A stretch of DNA of 64,000 nucleotides from Selaginella moellendorffii (taxonomy: Eukaryota; Plantae; Lycopodiophyta), in NCBI RefSeq assembly GCF_000143415.4, contig NW_003314286.1, positions 387,766-451,765 on the forward strand, given 5' to 3'. A program made the translations under genes and the position numbers. Under the pieces are notes generated by a model. The model saw only the letters and a list, made by a program, of their open reading frames with translations, was not told the origin of the DNA and searched no databases. Shown here in pieces: positions 49,200-63,139 of this stretch (its first letter is position 1; every line of letters begins with the position of its first letter).

Positions 49200-52010
49200 T
49201 GAGCGCATTTGAATTTAGAGTTGAACTTTAAACCTGTTGCGCTATGAAACGAAGGTCTGGTACAATCCCACAAGTACCAACTCCCTAAATCGAACACTTA
49301 CATGCAAAATGGTGTTAGGTGATGTCTAGCACAATTTTAGCATACCGGTGGCCTAATATAAAGAGGAGGGTACCCCACAAACTAGAGTAGTGTGGAGCTT
49401 AGGGTTAGACTCAAATTAGATGTAAAACAAAGAACGACATAACCCAACGGGAGCTAAACTAATGTCTTAAATGGTTGGACATGCAATCTAACCACTAACC
49501 CTACTATATATTTAGAACCCCCTATAACCCCTCTGTTGCACCCCTCCCTTGTAGGAACACACACTTTGGGCTTTTACCGTAACCCTCCCTTAGTATCAGG
49601 AGTTAGTCTCTGGGACAAACTTGAAACTTACTAAATATGGAATATTTTTAAATTATGAATTTGGACACAAGATAAACACTATTGTGTTCAAGACAATCTT
49701 TACATTCCATAAATATGCTAAATAAGCAAATCTAAACACTTTTCATAAATAGTATTTGGGATTGAAATGAGACTAACACAAAAGGCATGATAGCAAAGAT
49801 GTTTAGCAAATATGGTAAGCTATCATCTAGCGATATTAAAGGATTAGTCTCAATATGCAAGGGTTCTTATTATTAGCTAATGCAAAACATAATGAAACAA
49901 GAACTCTTTACTAGCTAAGTATGCTTAGTTAATAGCATGTAGAAATTTTGTCCTTATGCTCATCTGGTTTAAGTACACTTGAAATGCCTACTTAACTCTA
50001 TTAACACAAGAGGGACTACCAAAGAGATCCAACTATGCCAACCTCTTGCCATTATAATAGTAAAGAAAGAGTGTCTATAAGGATTGATCAACAAGTATTT
50101 TTCGATACCTAAAGTCACATTCGTAACAATAGCCAAGGAAACTAGAGAAAACCAAAGATCATAATAATGGAACATAGTGTGAATAAATCAAAAGATATAA
50201 GTACATATATGTGTAGAAAGGGGTTAATAAAACAATCTAAGTGTTCCTTTATATACCTAGTATATTTGCAACTGCTATTATAACCATTCACTACAAAGCC
50301 TATACCTGAGTTGCACATTCCATAGTGTGCCTAAACTTGTTGTAGGTAAAAGTAGTAGGAAAAAATTCTACTTTTCACTTTGACAGTTCCAAGCTGTCCT
50401 CATGCCTATGCTCTAGACTCTCATCTATGTCAAGTGGTCCTCCTTTATCCTATTTTGGTCATTCTCCCTCTCCTCCAAAGATGTCATTTAAACTCACATC
50501 AAGGAACTAGATCCTCCTTCCTTTCTTGTCCATCTCCCTTATGAGCTCCTAAGTAGTCCTCTCTTGTGTCTAGATCTGTTCATGGAGATGGTTATTCTCT
50601 TGTTTGAGTCACTGCATTTCCTCCTCAATGTGGGTCTTGCTACTCTTGCTTGTCGCTTGGGACCATTTTCACAAGGGTTGCGACAATCTCTAACTCCTGC
50701 TTCTTCTTTTGGACTTCCCCTTGTGCCTATGATATCATTTTTGAGGTCTCCAACATCTCTCTTGAAGAACACCATTGAGATGTTGCTGTGACAAATCATT
50801 TTTGCTAGAGGTGTATTGCTCTATATGCACACAGTTTGACAAAATTTCACCTTGGTAATATAGTTCTATGCACATATAAAAACTCCTACCATGGCAAGCA
50901 AGCTACTTTCAAATCTATAAACTAGCTTGTATTTGAGGTATTACTACTTTTGAAACCTCTATATCCTTTTTGGTTTCTTTTTGTTCTTTTAATGTTGTTG
51001 TGTTTCTTTTTCAGAGGCTTGTGATGATGGTGAGTTTTTGTGTCTATTGGTAATTGGATGATCACTAGGTATGCTAGATTTAAGATTTAAGTATTGTATA
51101 GTCCATTGTTTGATGTTAAAAGAAGAGTTCTAGAATTGCATTTGATGCATGTTTGCTATCTTTGCTTACTTGTCTTGTACATAGCTCTTTGAAAAATCTT
51201 GTATTTATGAGTGGTTTTGAATGCTTTTAGAATTTCTTGCTTACATCCAATCTTTAGAATGGATACATGAGACTTGCAAATTGATATCATATAAATGATG
51301 TAGTGCACATAGTTTTTACCCTATATTTTATAGTGAATTACCATAAAATAACTATAAAATAGAATGTAACTCTTGGACACGGGCAAAAACATTTTAGGGC
51401 TTTAGGCCATTTGAATGAATGAATGAAGGGAAAGAACTAAACTACAGCCAAGAAATGATAGAGCAAAAACATAAAGCAATATCAAAATAGTTTTAAAGCA
51501 TCCAAAATCCCAATGTCAAAATTAATAAGCAAAATAGTGCTAAATGGATTTTAGCATTATTATAGCATACCAGCCACTTAATATAAGGATATAAATACTC
51601 CATCAGCTTGGGATTAGACCCAAGCTAAACACAAACAAGGATAAACTAACCTAATAAGGAGGCAAACAATGTCTCTAATGGTTAGCTATGCCTAAGCTTC
51701 TTATTATCTCTACAATACATTTAGAACCCCTTATAGCCCCTTGAATATGAAAGTTTGATTTAGGCTTTCATCTTAGTCCTAATAGTTAGTTTCTAGGACA
51801 AATTTGAAAACTTATTAAATATAGAATAATGTTAGATTGTGAATATTGTGATGAAGAAAATCTCTATATTTTATAAATATACCTAACTAGTAGATCTAAA
51901 CACTTTCCATAAATAGCTAATGAGACCAATATATAAGATATAGTATTTAGTGGACAAAATAAGCTATTATATAGCAATATTGAGGGACTAATACTCAATA
52001 CTCACTAAGC
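49200..52010 (-). mobile_element. Ancient LTR-element relic: two decayed direct repeats (~49440-49930 and ~51645-52010) related to the chromovirus LTR
   Basis: 49490-49612 aligns to the reverse complement of LTR 26680-26800 (CCCTACTATA..GAACCCC, CTTTGGGCTTT, TTAGTCTCTGG). A second degraded copy lies near 51700-51920. Boundaries approximate. Confidence 0.55.
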
Positions 52011-53012
52011 ATATATGAAGCATATATAAGCATTTATCTTATCTAGAAAAATTTTCTGAATCTGATTTATATTGTTTGACATGTAAATTTAGATTATAAT
52101 TATTTCATAAATAAATTTAATTTTTTATAGAAATTTTGATCATATGAAAAATATTTAAATGATTTTATAAAAATTTATAAAATTAAATTCTCTTTTCCTC
52201 AACAAAAACTATATATGAGGTCCAGATGCACTTACATATATAATATTATCTTAGTATATTTAATAATTAGCCTATTAATCCTTAAATTAAATTTAGATAT
52301 TTAACATCATTTTTGCTGATTTGCTCAAATATATTAGTCATATTGATTTAACACCTGGTTGTTATTTTTGTCATTTTTTAACTTTTTATTATTTTTTAGA
52401 AAACTTTATTTTAGATAATAAATACCTCAAGAATGATTTCTAAAGAAATAGCAAAACTATAAAATATATCATTAACAAATCTAAATTCTGATATTAAATA
52501 TAATTTTTTCTTTGGATATTTTTCAGTTGATTTGTCATATAAACTAATGAAAAGCTATATGGATGTATAAAATTTTTCCAAACTCATACTATGAAATATT
52601 AAATCCAGTTGCCTCATATATTATTATAAAATCTAACTATTTTATTTTTTACATTTTATCATAATATAAATCAGAAAATATAAGTGAAGTTAATAACTCT
52701 AATTTTAAGATTACAAAAAGATAAAAATCTAGCTATATATTGTATATATCAAACAACATCAAGCACTAAGCTGTTAATCAAAAGCTTCAAAAGAATTTTG
52801 TTAAATTGTTAAATAAAGATTAGTCATTTTTAGTTTGCTAATACATGATCCCATTTCTTTTAATTATCAGGATTAAAGATAATTTGACTCACATTAATTG
52901 TTGTATAACCTAGAAATTTAGGGCTTTGCATTTGGTTCGTGGTCTGGGCTATGGCTATGGTGGTTCGGCTTCCCGATGGCGCGCTCTCTCCTTTTCAAAT
53001 CCTCCGTCGGCC

Positions 53013-54862
53013 ATGGTGAGATCAGCTGCGAGCTAGCTAGCTGTCGCGTGGTGTGTGCGTGAGAGCAAGAGATAGAGTGTGATTTCTTTCCAAGCTTCAC
53101 TAGATCGCACTGGCTAATCTTCCCCCCAATCTCTCCCAACACGCGCCCGCGCACGACCCTTACTCTCTGCCCTTCCGCTGCTGGCCCGGGAATGTGAGAG
53201 CCCACTACAACTTAAACGCCGCCAACGCCCTCGTCGTGGGAACGACTTTGCACGACCTCAACACAGTCGAGGCAAGAACTCCCGCCGCCGCCGATGTGGA
53301 AAGCATTGGCAATGCCGACGAGGGTGATGGAGGTGGCGACGCTGCCGCCGATAGCCTGGACAACGAGGAGGAATCTCCATCTGAGGTAGTCTTTCGTTGG
53401 CTTTCTAGCTTTTGCAGTTCTTTGCTCATTTTCTCATCGACCAGGATTGCGTAGCACAAGAGTACGAGAATCTGCAACCGGTGGATGGAGTGGACGCGGT
53501 GGACGGAGTGGACACAGAGCAGCAAATCAATCTCGAGAACGATGAGAGCTCGACTCCTGCGTTTGGTGTTCTAACTTACAGTGGTCAGTGTTGATGTTTT
53601 ACGTAGTTCCTTACTGTTTTTTCTTCTCCCTCGCTACAGACGTGGTCCCCATTGAAGCGGCCAGGGCTCGTTTCGTGCAGCTGATAATCGATCGCTTTAT
53701 CCAGCCCCGTTCATATCCCGTGTCCGATTCCCCCGAAGGGAACTATAGCAATCCAAACTCGAAGGAGAAAGAGAGCAAACGCAAGCCGAGTGAGGTGCAC
53801 TACGAGGGGGACCCCAGGTTCCTCCTGCCTTTGACGTTCGTCGCCAACTTATACGAGACGCTCATCTCGGAGATCGATGCGAGGCTGCACACCGTCGAGG
53901 GTGTCCACGAGAAGACGATGGGAGTTGCTCTTGAGGCCTCTGGAGGGCTATATAGAAAGCTGGTGAAAAAGTTTCCAAAGTCCGGTTGGTATTTCTTTCT
54001 TTCCTCTCTCATTTTCTCTGCTGACGTTTCTTTGCATTCTCTTGTGTCCACTGCAGGCCATCCGGTGTCTTTCAAGAGACGGGAGATGGCATCCGCGTTA
54101 GAAGCCAAAACAAAGTTCCCTCAGCTCGTTAGAGGAGACGAAAAGCGTGTAAGGTTCGTCGTTGTTCACGGCCTGGAGCTGATTGAGCGTCCGGAGATGC
54201 CACAAGAGGATGCTGAGTGGTACCCCTTTAGTTTTCTCAAAACTGGCTAGAAAACCATGACTTTCTCTCGCTTCCAGGTTTAAGAGACTCACTGGAAGAC
54301 AAGAAGCCGCAGTTACCGGAAGTGACTACAACTTCTATTCGGCCAGAGTTAAACACCGCCGGCTTACTGTTCGTGATCCACCACCCGTGCCAGTAAGCTT
54401 ATAGCTGCCTTTGAGAGGTGTCTTTGAAAACTAACTGGTGGTTTGCTAGCAGCAGTATCAGGCCGGGGAGTCTCCCAGTGTCATAACACCACACTCCCCG
54501 GTATTGAAAGCTTTTCTTCCATTTTTCTCCATGATTCTAACAAATTCACAGACTCGTGATCACCCGCAGATCCAGATGCAGCAGTCCCGTGTTCGTCACC
54601 AGGTGCAGCAGCCATCACAAACACACACCCCGCGCACTCCTCCCCATGTATCACGCGATATACAGTCTGGGATTCATCCTGGAATGACCGTGATGGTTCC
54701 GGTCAGTTCCGTCGTTTCTTCTTGCTGCCTCACCATCTGGTTTACTCGTTTTTGTAGCCTCCGAGCCCCGCAAAATTCTGCGACCAGTGTGGAGCTCCCT
54801 TCTTGAGGGAAACATCCAGGTTCTGCACAGATTGTGGGAACAAGCGACATGGTGTGCCATGA
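53013..54862 (+). CDS. Uncharacterised plant protein, At2g02148-like, with C-terminal double zinc ribbon; start uncertain
   Basis: HYNL..TTLHDLNTVE, IEAARARFVQLIID, YEGDPRFLLPL.FVANLYETL, GVALEASGGLYRKLVKKFP. Ends CDQCG..FCTDCGNKRHGVP* with TGA at 54860-54862. Confidence 0.82.
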
Positions 54863-54964
54863 AAACTCTGTACGTAATACACAGCCTTCTTTCCTTGTGA
54901 TTGTTGTGTATCTTTAATTCTTTCCTTGTGATTGTCTTTTATTCTAACAAGATGATTGTTAACT

Positions 54965-57260
54965 TTACACGGTGAAGACCTTGACAACCTGTTGGATGGA
55001 AGTCCTACACACAGGACATCCCCAAGTTTTCTCCTTGATCTCCATCAGGCAATTCATGCAGCCGGCGAGGTGGCCGCAAGGGATGCACACGCCTCTCGCG
55101 GGTGCGTCCCAGCAAACCACGCACTGCCCGCTCGCTTTTTCATCGCCAGTTCCTCCTGTTCCTGCTCTTGCCACTACCTTTTGATGCTCCGGATTCACTG
55201 CCTTCTTCTTGATGCCAAACAGCGAGAATCCAGACGGAGAAGCACCCTGCCGAGCCTCGGATTGGGTCGTAAGTTGGCGATGACTGCAAACTGGAGGTGG
55301 TGGCGGCGGCGGTGGACCGGAGGGCACGAAGATCTCCACGGGGACGTTGGAGCACCCAGGTGGTGCTGCTGGAGCCGAGGGATCTTTCACTGGAACGTTT
55401 CGGACTGGTGGCTTTGTGGCCACGGGCCTCGTTTGCCAGAAGCTCTCAACTCTAGTCCGCTGCTCGTAAGGTGGCGGTGGTGGCGATGGCGATTGCTGGA
55501 GCGGAAGTGATGTCGCTCGGCTCGGCCCGGCCTCCGGAGACCCCCAGCACGAGCTGTTGCTGGTGCTGTTGCTGTTGTCCGAGTCTAGTGACCATCTGTT
55601 CCTGCTCAGCGGCCCCCGTCGCTTGGCCGCCTTTGGAGGACTACTCAAAGATGGCCAGCACTCGTCGACGACGCTGGATGATGTTGGCGAGAGAATCAGG
55701 CCCTCCGCGTTGGCGGACTGTATCGAGGCGTTGATAGCCATTGCCAGTGCTACGTCTTCTGGGATCTCTGTTTTGCTGTGAGGTGGAGAGGATACCTTGC
55801 GTACTGGCGGGCACACGACTACCTGCTGTGGAGGAGGGGCAGTGACCGTCCGTGGTGGTGCCGGCCCGACAATCGTAATTGGCGGACCCCGTGACCGCGT
55901 CGGAGAAACGGACTCTTGGGGACTTGAAGTAGCACTCTGCTAGAAAAAAAAACAAAAACGAAAAATGTGAGCACAGTTACAAGGAGACAGCCTTGACTAT
56001 ACCTGTTGGTATGGTATGCCTTTACAGGCCCTGTGAAACTTCTCCAACTGTGGTTTGCGGCCTTCAAATTCTGACAGAAACTTGAACCTCGTTTCTGCCC
56101 GGCACACACATGCTGCGTTACTTAAACAAGCGAGGCTGGTCACTTACTTGACGATCTGTCTGTAAGAATCATCACGGGATCCGCAAGGCTGAAGTTGGGT
56201 TCCTCGATCTGGACTTTCGACAAAGCAATTATTATCCTTGGTAGCGACACCTAAACAAAAGCACAAGCTGGTTGGTGTCTTAGTCCAGCTACGACAAAAG
56301 AGAAACCTTTGGTGACTGGTAAATAACAAGCTCGTATCTCGGAAGCCTTCTAGCTTGCGCTGACGGCATCACAACAGCCCATCTGCATACGAGAAGAAAC
56401 ATCAGTTCAGTTCAACATGAAGTTAACGCTTACACTTTTCTGGTCACCCATTGAGGTGCTAACGCTTCAAGAAATCCAGGGCCGGATATCTCTCTCAACA
56501 CTCCACTGAAAAGGCACATCCTGTCCTGGAGATAACGTTTGAGATGAGAAACCAGCACATCACATCCAAAACATTGCTTTTCTTTCTTTTGCTCTCTGTT
56601 TACACGCACCTCAATGATTCGTACGACCGAGACATGGCCTCGGCTACGTGCCATATCAAGAGGTGTCTGGCCATCGTCATTCACAGCCAATGGATCAGCT
56701 GCACACACAAGAGACAATCGCTACTTAGAATGAAAGTACTCGAGCTTATACCAAACGTTTAGCTAACCTCCACGAGACAAAAGCAAGATCACCGTTTTGT
56801 CCAGCCCTCGCTTGGCCGCATGATGCAATGGAAATCCACCGTGAGAGCCTACAGAACACACGACAATCGTGCGTAAAACAACAAGGAGTAAACTACAATC
56901 CAATTGCCAGCCAGATCTCGTAACGAACAAAGTTGCCAACTGAAAAACCATAGAACAAAAGCACTAAAGTTACCTGGTCTGAAAGCTTTGATGCTGGCAC
57001 CCAGATTCAACAAAGTTATGACCATGTCGAAGAGCTCGCTTCTGGTGCAAGCCAGGATGAGAGGAGTCCGACCGTCCTTATCGGTCCACTGCGTAGAAAC
57101 CACAGAAAGAATTAGCAAAGAAGAAAGGAAATCCGATAGAAGGAAAAGCTTTGCTTACCTCCAAAGATGTTCCATCTCGCCGGAGAGTCTTCACAGCAGT
57201 GTGATTTGCATGCTGAACCGCTTGATAGAGTTGCTCTTCCTTAGACTGGCCTCCACCCAT
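54965..57260 (-). CDS. XBAT35: Ankyrin-repeat + C-terminal RING E3 ubiquitin ligase, XBAT34/35 family
   Basis: MGGGQSKEEQLYQAV (N-myristoylation-type start), ankyrin repeats GRTPLILAC, GFPLHHAAKRG and GQTPLDMAR, DVALAMAINASIQS, and RING CVVCWD..CIPCGHLAGCMNC..CPVCR. Confidence 0.9.
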
Positions 57261-58238
57261 TCTTTCTCCCTTTCTACTTCGTCGCTACAACCAGCTTGCC
57301 ATCTCTCTCGCAAACATCGCTAAGAGTGGAAAAAAATCAAAAAAACTACAAGAAAACGCTCTTTCCCACCAACGCTAGACCGAATCATCTGCCTCGCGCC
57401 ATCGATTCCTCCCAAACCCGGCCACATTCCCTCGAAATGCCTCCCCCACCGCCGCGACGCGCCCCTCCCGCGCCCCAATTCGCGAAATTCCCATGGCCGC
57501 CGCGCCGAATCCCTCAAATCCACACCGCATTGCCGCGATGATCAAATGTGCCGCTCCCTGCCATGGATCTGGCGCCCGGACTCGCCATGGCGAGAGGAGA
57601 TCTCACGCTACCGATCCCCTAAACGCGACAAGCGTTCTCATTAAACAGTCCACTGCCTCGTCCTCCATAGCCTTCTCTCTTCTCTCTCTTCCCTGTCTCT
57701 ACCGGACCTCCAGCGAAGCCTTGAGACGAGCCTAGTCACGCACGCCGAACCTCTTCCTCTTCCCAAACTGCTAGCCACGCTGGCACTTTCCGCCACGGTG
57801 GCCGGTGCTCCTGCGCACTAGTCACTACCCGACACGTGGTTGCGTTGTAGGTTATGACTGTCAGTTACTTCCTTATTACCTCCCTAGCCGATCTGGGCCG
57901 TTGAGCAGCCGACGCACGCGATACGTACACGTTTACTCCCGTTTTTATTACTGGGAAAAAAAAATTCTCTCCATCTCTTTTATCAAACGCTACACTCTAG
58001 TGATGTATGTCCCAACGAAGAACTTCTGGAAAAAACGAGATCGTCAAGACTTCCATTCATGGAGAGCACTGACAAGCTAGAAAAAATAAGATTAAAGAGA
58101 CTTACTTGGCCAGTTTTTTCAATGCCGCATTGGAAAGAGGTGGTCGATCATCGCAGCTCAGCGCATTGCGTTTGGCACAGTCCAGCCTATTAATGTTGGG
58201 GACTTTAAAAATCTGTCTCTCTGCGTTTCTCCTTTTAT

Positions 58239-60749
58239 CTACTGTACACTGGCCCTGTCGTCTTGTCTATGACGATATAGCTTCGCTATCGTCTTTCGTT
58301 CGCAGTCCTGTGGATGAGGGAAGCAAACAATAAAGAAAAAGTTTGGAAAACAAGGATCCGATGCGTGAAGTTACGTACCTTGAACATCGCAAATCGGAAG
58401 CGAGTGCCAATGTTTGTGCGAACCAACTTCATGTAAGTATACGCGAAGCTGAGCTGATCTCTCGGGGTGAAACGGTCTACCTCGTTGAACCACAGGCAGG
58501 AAAAAAGGTTGGACATTGGCGTGTGTGAACGAACGATTATCGAGCCCTCTGGAACGTCTGGAGAGAAGAAAAAAGCCAATGAGTACGCTGGTTGTAGCTG
58601 ATCAGTATATGTCTTACTGCTTGGTAGGAGGCGCTTGGGATCTGAAGCATTGAATCTCGTGAGGCCGTCCTGTTGATAGAATAGAAACTGCTCGTCGATC
58701 AAGGAGTGATTGAACTTGTTGAGCCTCTTGTTCTGCTGTACTTCGTCCCAGACACAGTGACGATCATAGTGGTTTGAGATTGTATACTCGTGATTTCCAC
58801 GCCAGAGAAAGTATTCCAGAATAGACAACGGATTGACCTGTAGCCTTAGCTTGCTGTCCAGCCAAATGGAATATCTGAAACAAAAGAAAGCTGCATCACC
58901 GCAGGAAAAAGAAGTGTTTCATACCTCGCGAATGGAAATAGGCGATGCGAAAGAAGCTTGGGAATTTTTCCAACCCGACGAAAATCTGCATACGGCAGAT
59001 TTGAAACTAGTACTACCCGCCAGATGCCAACGAATCCGTTCTCATCAGGAACTTGACCTTCTTCAAGCATCACATCCAGGCTTAATTGATCCACGAACAA
59101 AACAAAACATACTTCTTTCTTCAACGGGCTAGAGACCTGGAAACAGAAAGAAAACTCAGTTCATGGAGCGAGCGGTTTAGGAAACAAACTTACATACCTT
59201 TCGTTTTCTAGGCGAATGGAGCTTATCAGATTTGCCAAAGATGCAGGATGACACGGCAACCCGACAACCCGCCAAGTACTCTGTATCCTTATCACTGAGG
59301 TCAAAACCAGCGCTCTCGGATGGATCGGGCCCTCGGACGAAACCACAGTGTATAGTCTTGTTCGCCACACGGAACGAGTCCTCCCTTTCTTCTAAGGTTT
59401 GATGACCGGCAAATCTTGGTGTCCAAGAGCTGTCGTTAAGCGGCATTTCTTCCTTCGAAACATACTTCAGATCGAAGCGAGCGAATTTTAAGCTGTTGTC
59501 TGGTTCATGGACGTTGCTCAAGTTTGCAAAGTTTATCTCGCATGCTGGAATACACCCAAACGAAGCAGGTGAGAATCATAAATCTCGGAAACGCACGCAA
59601 AGTCTAGCTAAGTCCTGCAGCAGTCACCTTCTCCCTTGACTTTACAAACGCTCATGTACCTCATCACTAAGCAACGTAAACCCAACCCAGTTCCTCCGCT
59701 CTTCTAAGGAATTAGAAACGTACCTCCTCGGTGCTTTCGGGGTGGCCTTAAATGCTTCTGTTCTGATGTTACGGTTTCTTGAACTGCTGGCATACTTTTC
59801 CCTGCCCGCCTTACGACCATTGCCTCACTTTCTTCGTATTCATCTTCCATGTCGTCAAAATCCCTATCAGCCTCTGTTGCATTCGATTCTCGAAGGAGAT
59901 CGTCCTCGTACTGCTTCTCGTATTTCCTAAGCTCTTTCCGCCCTCTTTCATACGATAAACCCGGAACTTTCGAAAAGCTGTCCTCCGCAGCCGACCCGGA
60001 ACTGTTACTTGAAAGAATCTTGTCATTAAGCTCGGCCTGATTTTCCTGCACTTGGTTCCGCTGCAGCTCCTTTTGAAGCCTCGCATACTCTTCCTCAAAG
60101 CTCCCTTCTATATCCCTGTTCCTGTCATCGGTATCCCAGTCCCTGGAGTCCCTGTCGCCTTCTCGACCACGAATAGCTTGACCAAAGTGTAACCCGGGCT
60201 CGACTTTCCGTGTTTGTCCTCTAGTTACTGATCAACCAAGACACCAAACACGAAAGACTCTTAAGACCTTTCATTCCTAAATCAAACAGGAGGCTCAAGA
60301 ATGCTTACCTCGATGGTGCTTGAGACCGTGCTTCCGGATCTCTGCAAAAGTATCCTAAAAGCCACAAGGGAGCAAATAAGAAACTAGAAAACAACAGACA
60401 GGAAGCATACCGGGTGATTGAAAAAATCGTCCTTAGTCCCCAAGTCCCCTACAAAGAAATCGCTCAATGTCGCCACACAAAGACTAGAGCTCCACTTACC
60501 AGGAACAACGACCAAAGCCCGCCCGATGAAATCACTCCCCAGCAGCGTGAATCCCACCACTCCCAGCAAAATCGCCAAGTAGAGACCCGCGGAGCACTGC
60601 CTGCCCTTGCGTGGCGCCTTCTTTACCCGGCCCCTGCTACCATTGCTTTCCACATCACTGTCGTGGCCCCGGGCCGACGATCTGGCAGGCGCATTGGACT
60701 TGTGATCCCCGTTCACCATCGGGGCGCCGCTGCCTTGGCGAAAAGCCAT
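58239..60749 (-). CDS. DUF616 type II membrane protein (MUCI70/TOD1 glycosyltransferase-like family), multi-exon
   Basis: N-terminal TM, FAGHQTLEERE, IHCGFV, VCFVLFVD, RRVGKIPKLLSHRLFP, SNHYDRHCVWDEV, PEGSIIVR, WFNEVDRFTPRDQLSF. Last exon DCERKTIAKLYRH..Q* with stop at 58239. Confidence 0.88.
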
Positions 60750-61133
60750 GCATCACAGCCGCGATCCGGCCCCTGATCTTCGGATTCTACTCCTCCATCG
60801 CCGCCGCCGCCGGAGATCCAAGGCGGATGCGAGGGGGGAGGGGGAGAGGCACGCGCGTTCACCTGGAGAAGATCCACATCGCGTCCGCGAGGAGAGCGCT
60901 TCCAAAAACCCTACTCGCTCGCTCTCTCGTCTCCTCTCGACCAATTAAATTGGTGCTTGGGTTAAAAATATAAAATAAGATTTCGCCGCGGTGGAAAGAA
61001 TTATATCCAGTTAGTTTTTACCCTTTGCTGCGTTAGGAAGACAAGAGAACAAACAGAACTCTTGAAGAACTTCCTCGTTATAGTTTCAGACTTTAACAGC
61101 GGCGAGATCATTTAAAACAAGCTTGGAGCTAGC

Positions 61134-61277
61134 AGCGAACTTCTCCAACGAAAAAACCCCAAAGATCTTTGCTGGAACTGTGTGATCAAACATGACACTG
61201 ATCGAGCGAACTTCTCCAACGAAAAAACCCCAAAGATCTTTGCTGGACCTGTGTGATCAAACATGACACTGATCGAG
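61134..61277. repeat. 71-bp near-perfect tandem duplication
   Basis: Units start at 61134 and 61205 and differ by one substitution. Confidence 0.9.
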
Positions 61278-61798
61278 ATTTCTCTGGTTTTCGCTTCAGC
61301 ATTTAAAGAAGCCTCTGAATGATCTGAAAAGCTTTACGAGAGCACAGACTGGCGAACCTGAATGAGAGTGGCCTTTTGCGAATGATGATCATAGCAGCAG
61401 CGGCATAAGGCAAAGGATTAGCTTTACGAGAGAAAAGAGAGAAGAAACTTTACCTTTTCATCGGATTGTCAGCAGCTGCTGGAACACGATCAAAACGAAT
61501 TAAAATAAGCCAGACTTTCACATGGTTAGCCAGTGCTACACAGCTAATAAACAGCAAAAAAGGAAAAAAAGAAAGAAAAAAACTACTAGCCACAGGAAAA
61601 AACTGCAAAGCTTAAGAACAAGGAAAACGCTCAATAAGAGAGTTAGCTTGCAAAGCACAAACGAAAGATACAAAAGCATGGAAAACCAAAGACGAAAAGG
61701 AAGAACAGCAGGAAAACTATCTGCCAATCGCAGACCCAAAACTGACCAAGTAGCAGCACAATTGTAATGTACACGGTGGTCGAGACTCTCCCAAGCTT

Positions 61799-63010
61799 TC
61801 ACCGCCCTCCGCCAAAGTTGTCATATCCTTGATTCCTGTAGTCGCTGTAGCCACCACCACCGGCACCACCTCCTCCTCCTCCTCCATAGCCACCACTTCC
61901 GTAGCTTCGACCACCATAGCCTCCGCTGGCCTGCGGACATTGACGAGCAATGTGCCCCTCCTCGTTGCAGTTGTAGCATTTGCCGCCCCCTCCGCCGCCG
62001 CTGCGACCACCAAAACCTCCGCCATAGTTCGAGCCGCCGCCACCACCACCAGCAGCACCACCACGGACATTGTTGGGACACTCGCGAGAGAAATGACCAA
62101 CCTGGAGAGTAACAAAATCATCAAAAAAAGAAACCAAACATTTTTCTTTTCTGGAAAAAAAGCACAAGCACAGCAGGAACCAAACAAAAAACTGAATAAA
62201 CAATCGCGGCTTGGAAAAGTCAATGAAAACAAACAAGGCCAGAAAGACGAGAACTTACCTCTCCACACGAGTAGCATTGAGATTGGCTGCTCCTCCCTTT
62301 CGAGCCGCCCCATGCATCACCATACGCGCTGGCTCCTCCTCGATCACTTTCACGCGGTCGTCCTCTACTGAAGCTTCCATACTCTTGAGTCTCCGCGTAA
62401 GGCTGCTGCTCGCGGCCACGACCACCCCTGCTGAAGTTCCCATACTCCGGGTTCTCGAGAGGTTCTTCTCTCCTTCTCGGGGCAGAAGACCTCACATTCA
62501 CGTTTTGCTGCATCAAAGAATGAGAACCGAAAGAGAGAAGAAAAATCAAAACTCAAAACGTCACCTCAAAACTCGCTAGCAGCTCGTCGAGCTTCTTCTC
62601 TTTAAGAGCGATGTCCTCTTGGATCTCTTTCACCTTCAAAGGATCCACAGCCTTCTCCAGATCGCCTCGAGCATAGGCGAGCTCCGCCTCGGCGGCCTTC
62701 TTCTCTTCATACTGCGCCTCCGTGAGTTTAGCCTGGAAGAACATAAACACAAAAGGAAAGGCGATCCTCAAGCCGAAAACTTTTTAACATACATTGGGCT
62801 TCCAGTCGCGCTGTGCCTGCTCCTTCAAGATCTCGGTCTCTTTCTTCCCCAGGCGCTCGGCAATCACTTGCTCTCGCGGCCGCGCGGCTCCAAACGGATT
62901 TGGCTGACAAGAGGAGGCGAATCAATCGGCGCGAAAGAGAGAGAGAGACGCGAGAGGAGGATTACCTTAGAAGACCTAAGCGGCGCCTCTGATTTCTCTC
63001 CCTGGCTCAT
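61799..63010 (-). CDS. Gly/RGG-rich RNA-binding protein with eIF4B-type [10 protein letters not shown] motif, coiled coil and two CCHC zinc knuckles; 5 exons
   Basis: Spliced product [28 protein letters not shown]..[10 protein letters not shown]..[46 protein letters not shown]. Confidence 0.8.
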
Positions 63011-63059
63011 AGTTGCGCGATCGAGAACCCTGATCCCGGAAGAAAACCCCAGCTTCTAT

Positions 63060-63067
63060 AAACCCTA
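63060..63067. promoter_or_regulatory. Telo-box (AAACCCTA) upstream of the zinc-knuckle gene
   Basis: Exact AAACCCTA about 50 bp 5' of the ATG at 63010. Telo-boxes are common in plant translation-machinery promoters. Confidence 0.5.
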
Positions 63068-63139
63068 GTCAAACGCCGTGCTTCAAGTAAATATTCTAAA
63101 AAACGCGATACTTATGCTGACAAGATAGAAAAATGGATG

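Noticed and set aside
54956-55510. Long antisense ORFs overlapping GC-rich exons (also 3749-4360, 5022-5546, 61829-62371)
   Set aside because: Shadow frames of real genes on the opposite strand.
61134-61400. C/D-box snoRNA cluster
   Set aside because: TGATGA/CTGA-like words occur but not in proper C-D order with terminal stems or a recognisable guide.
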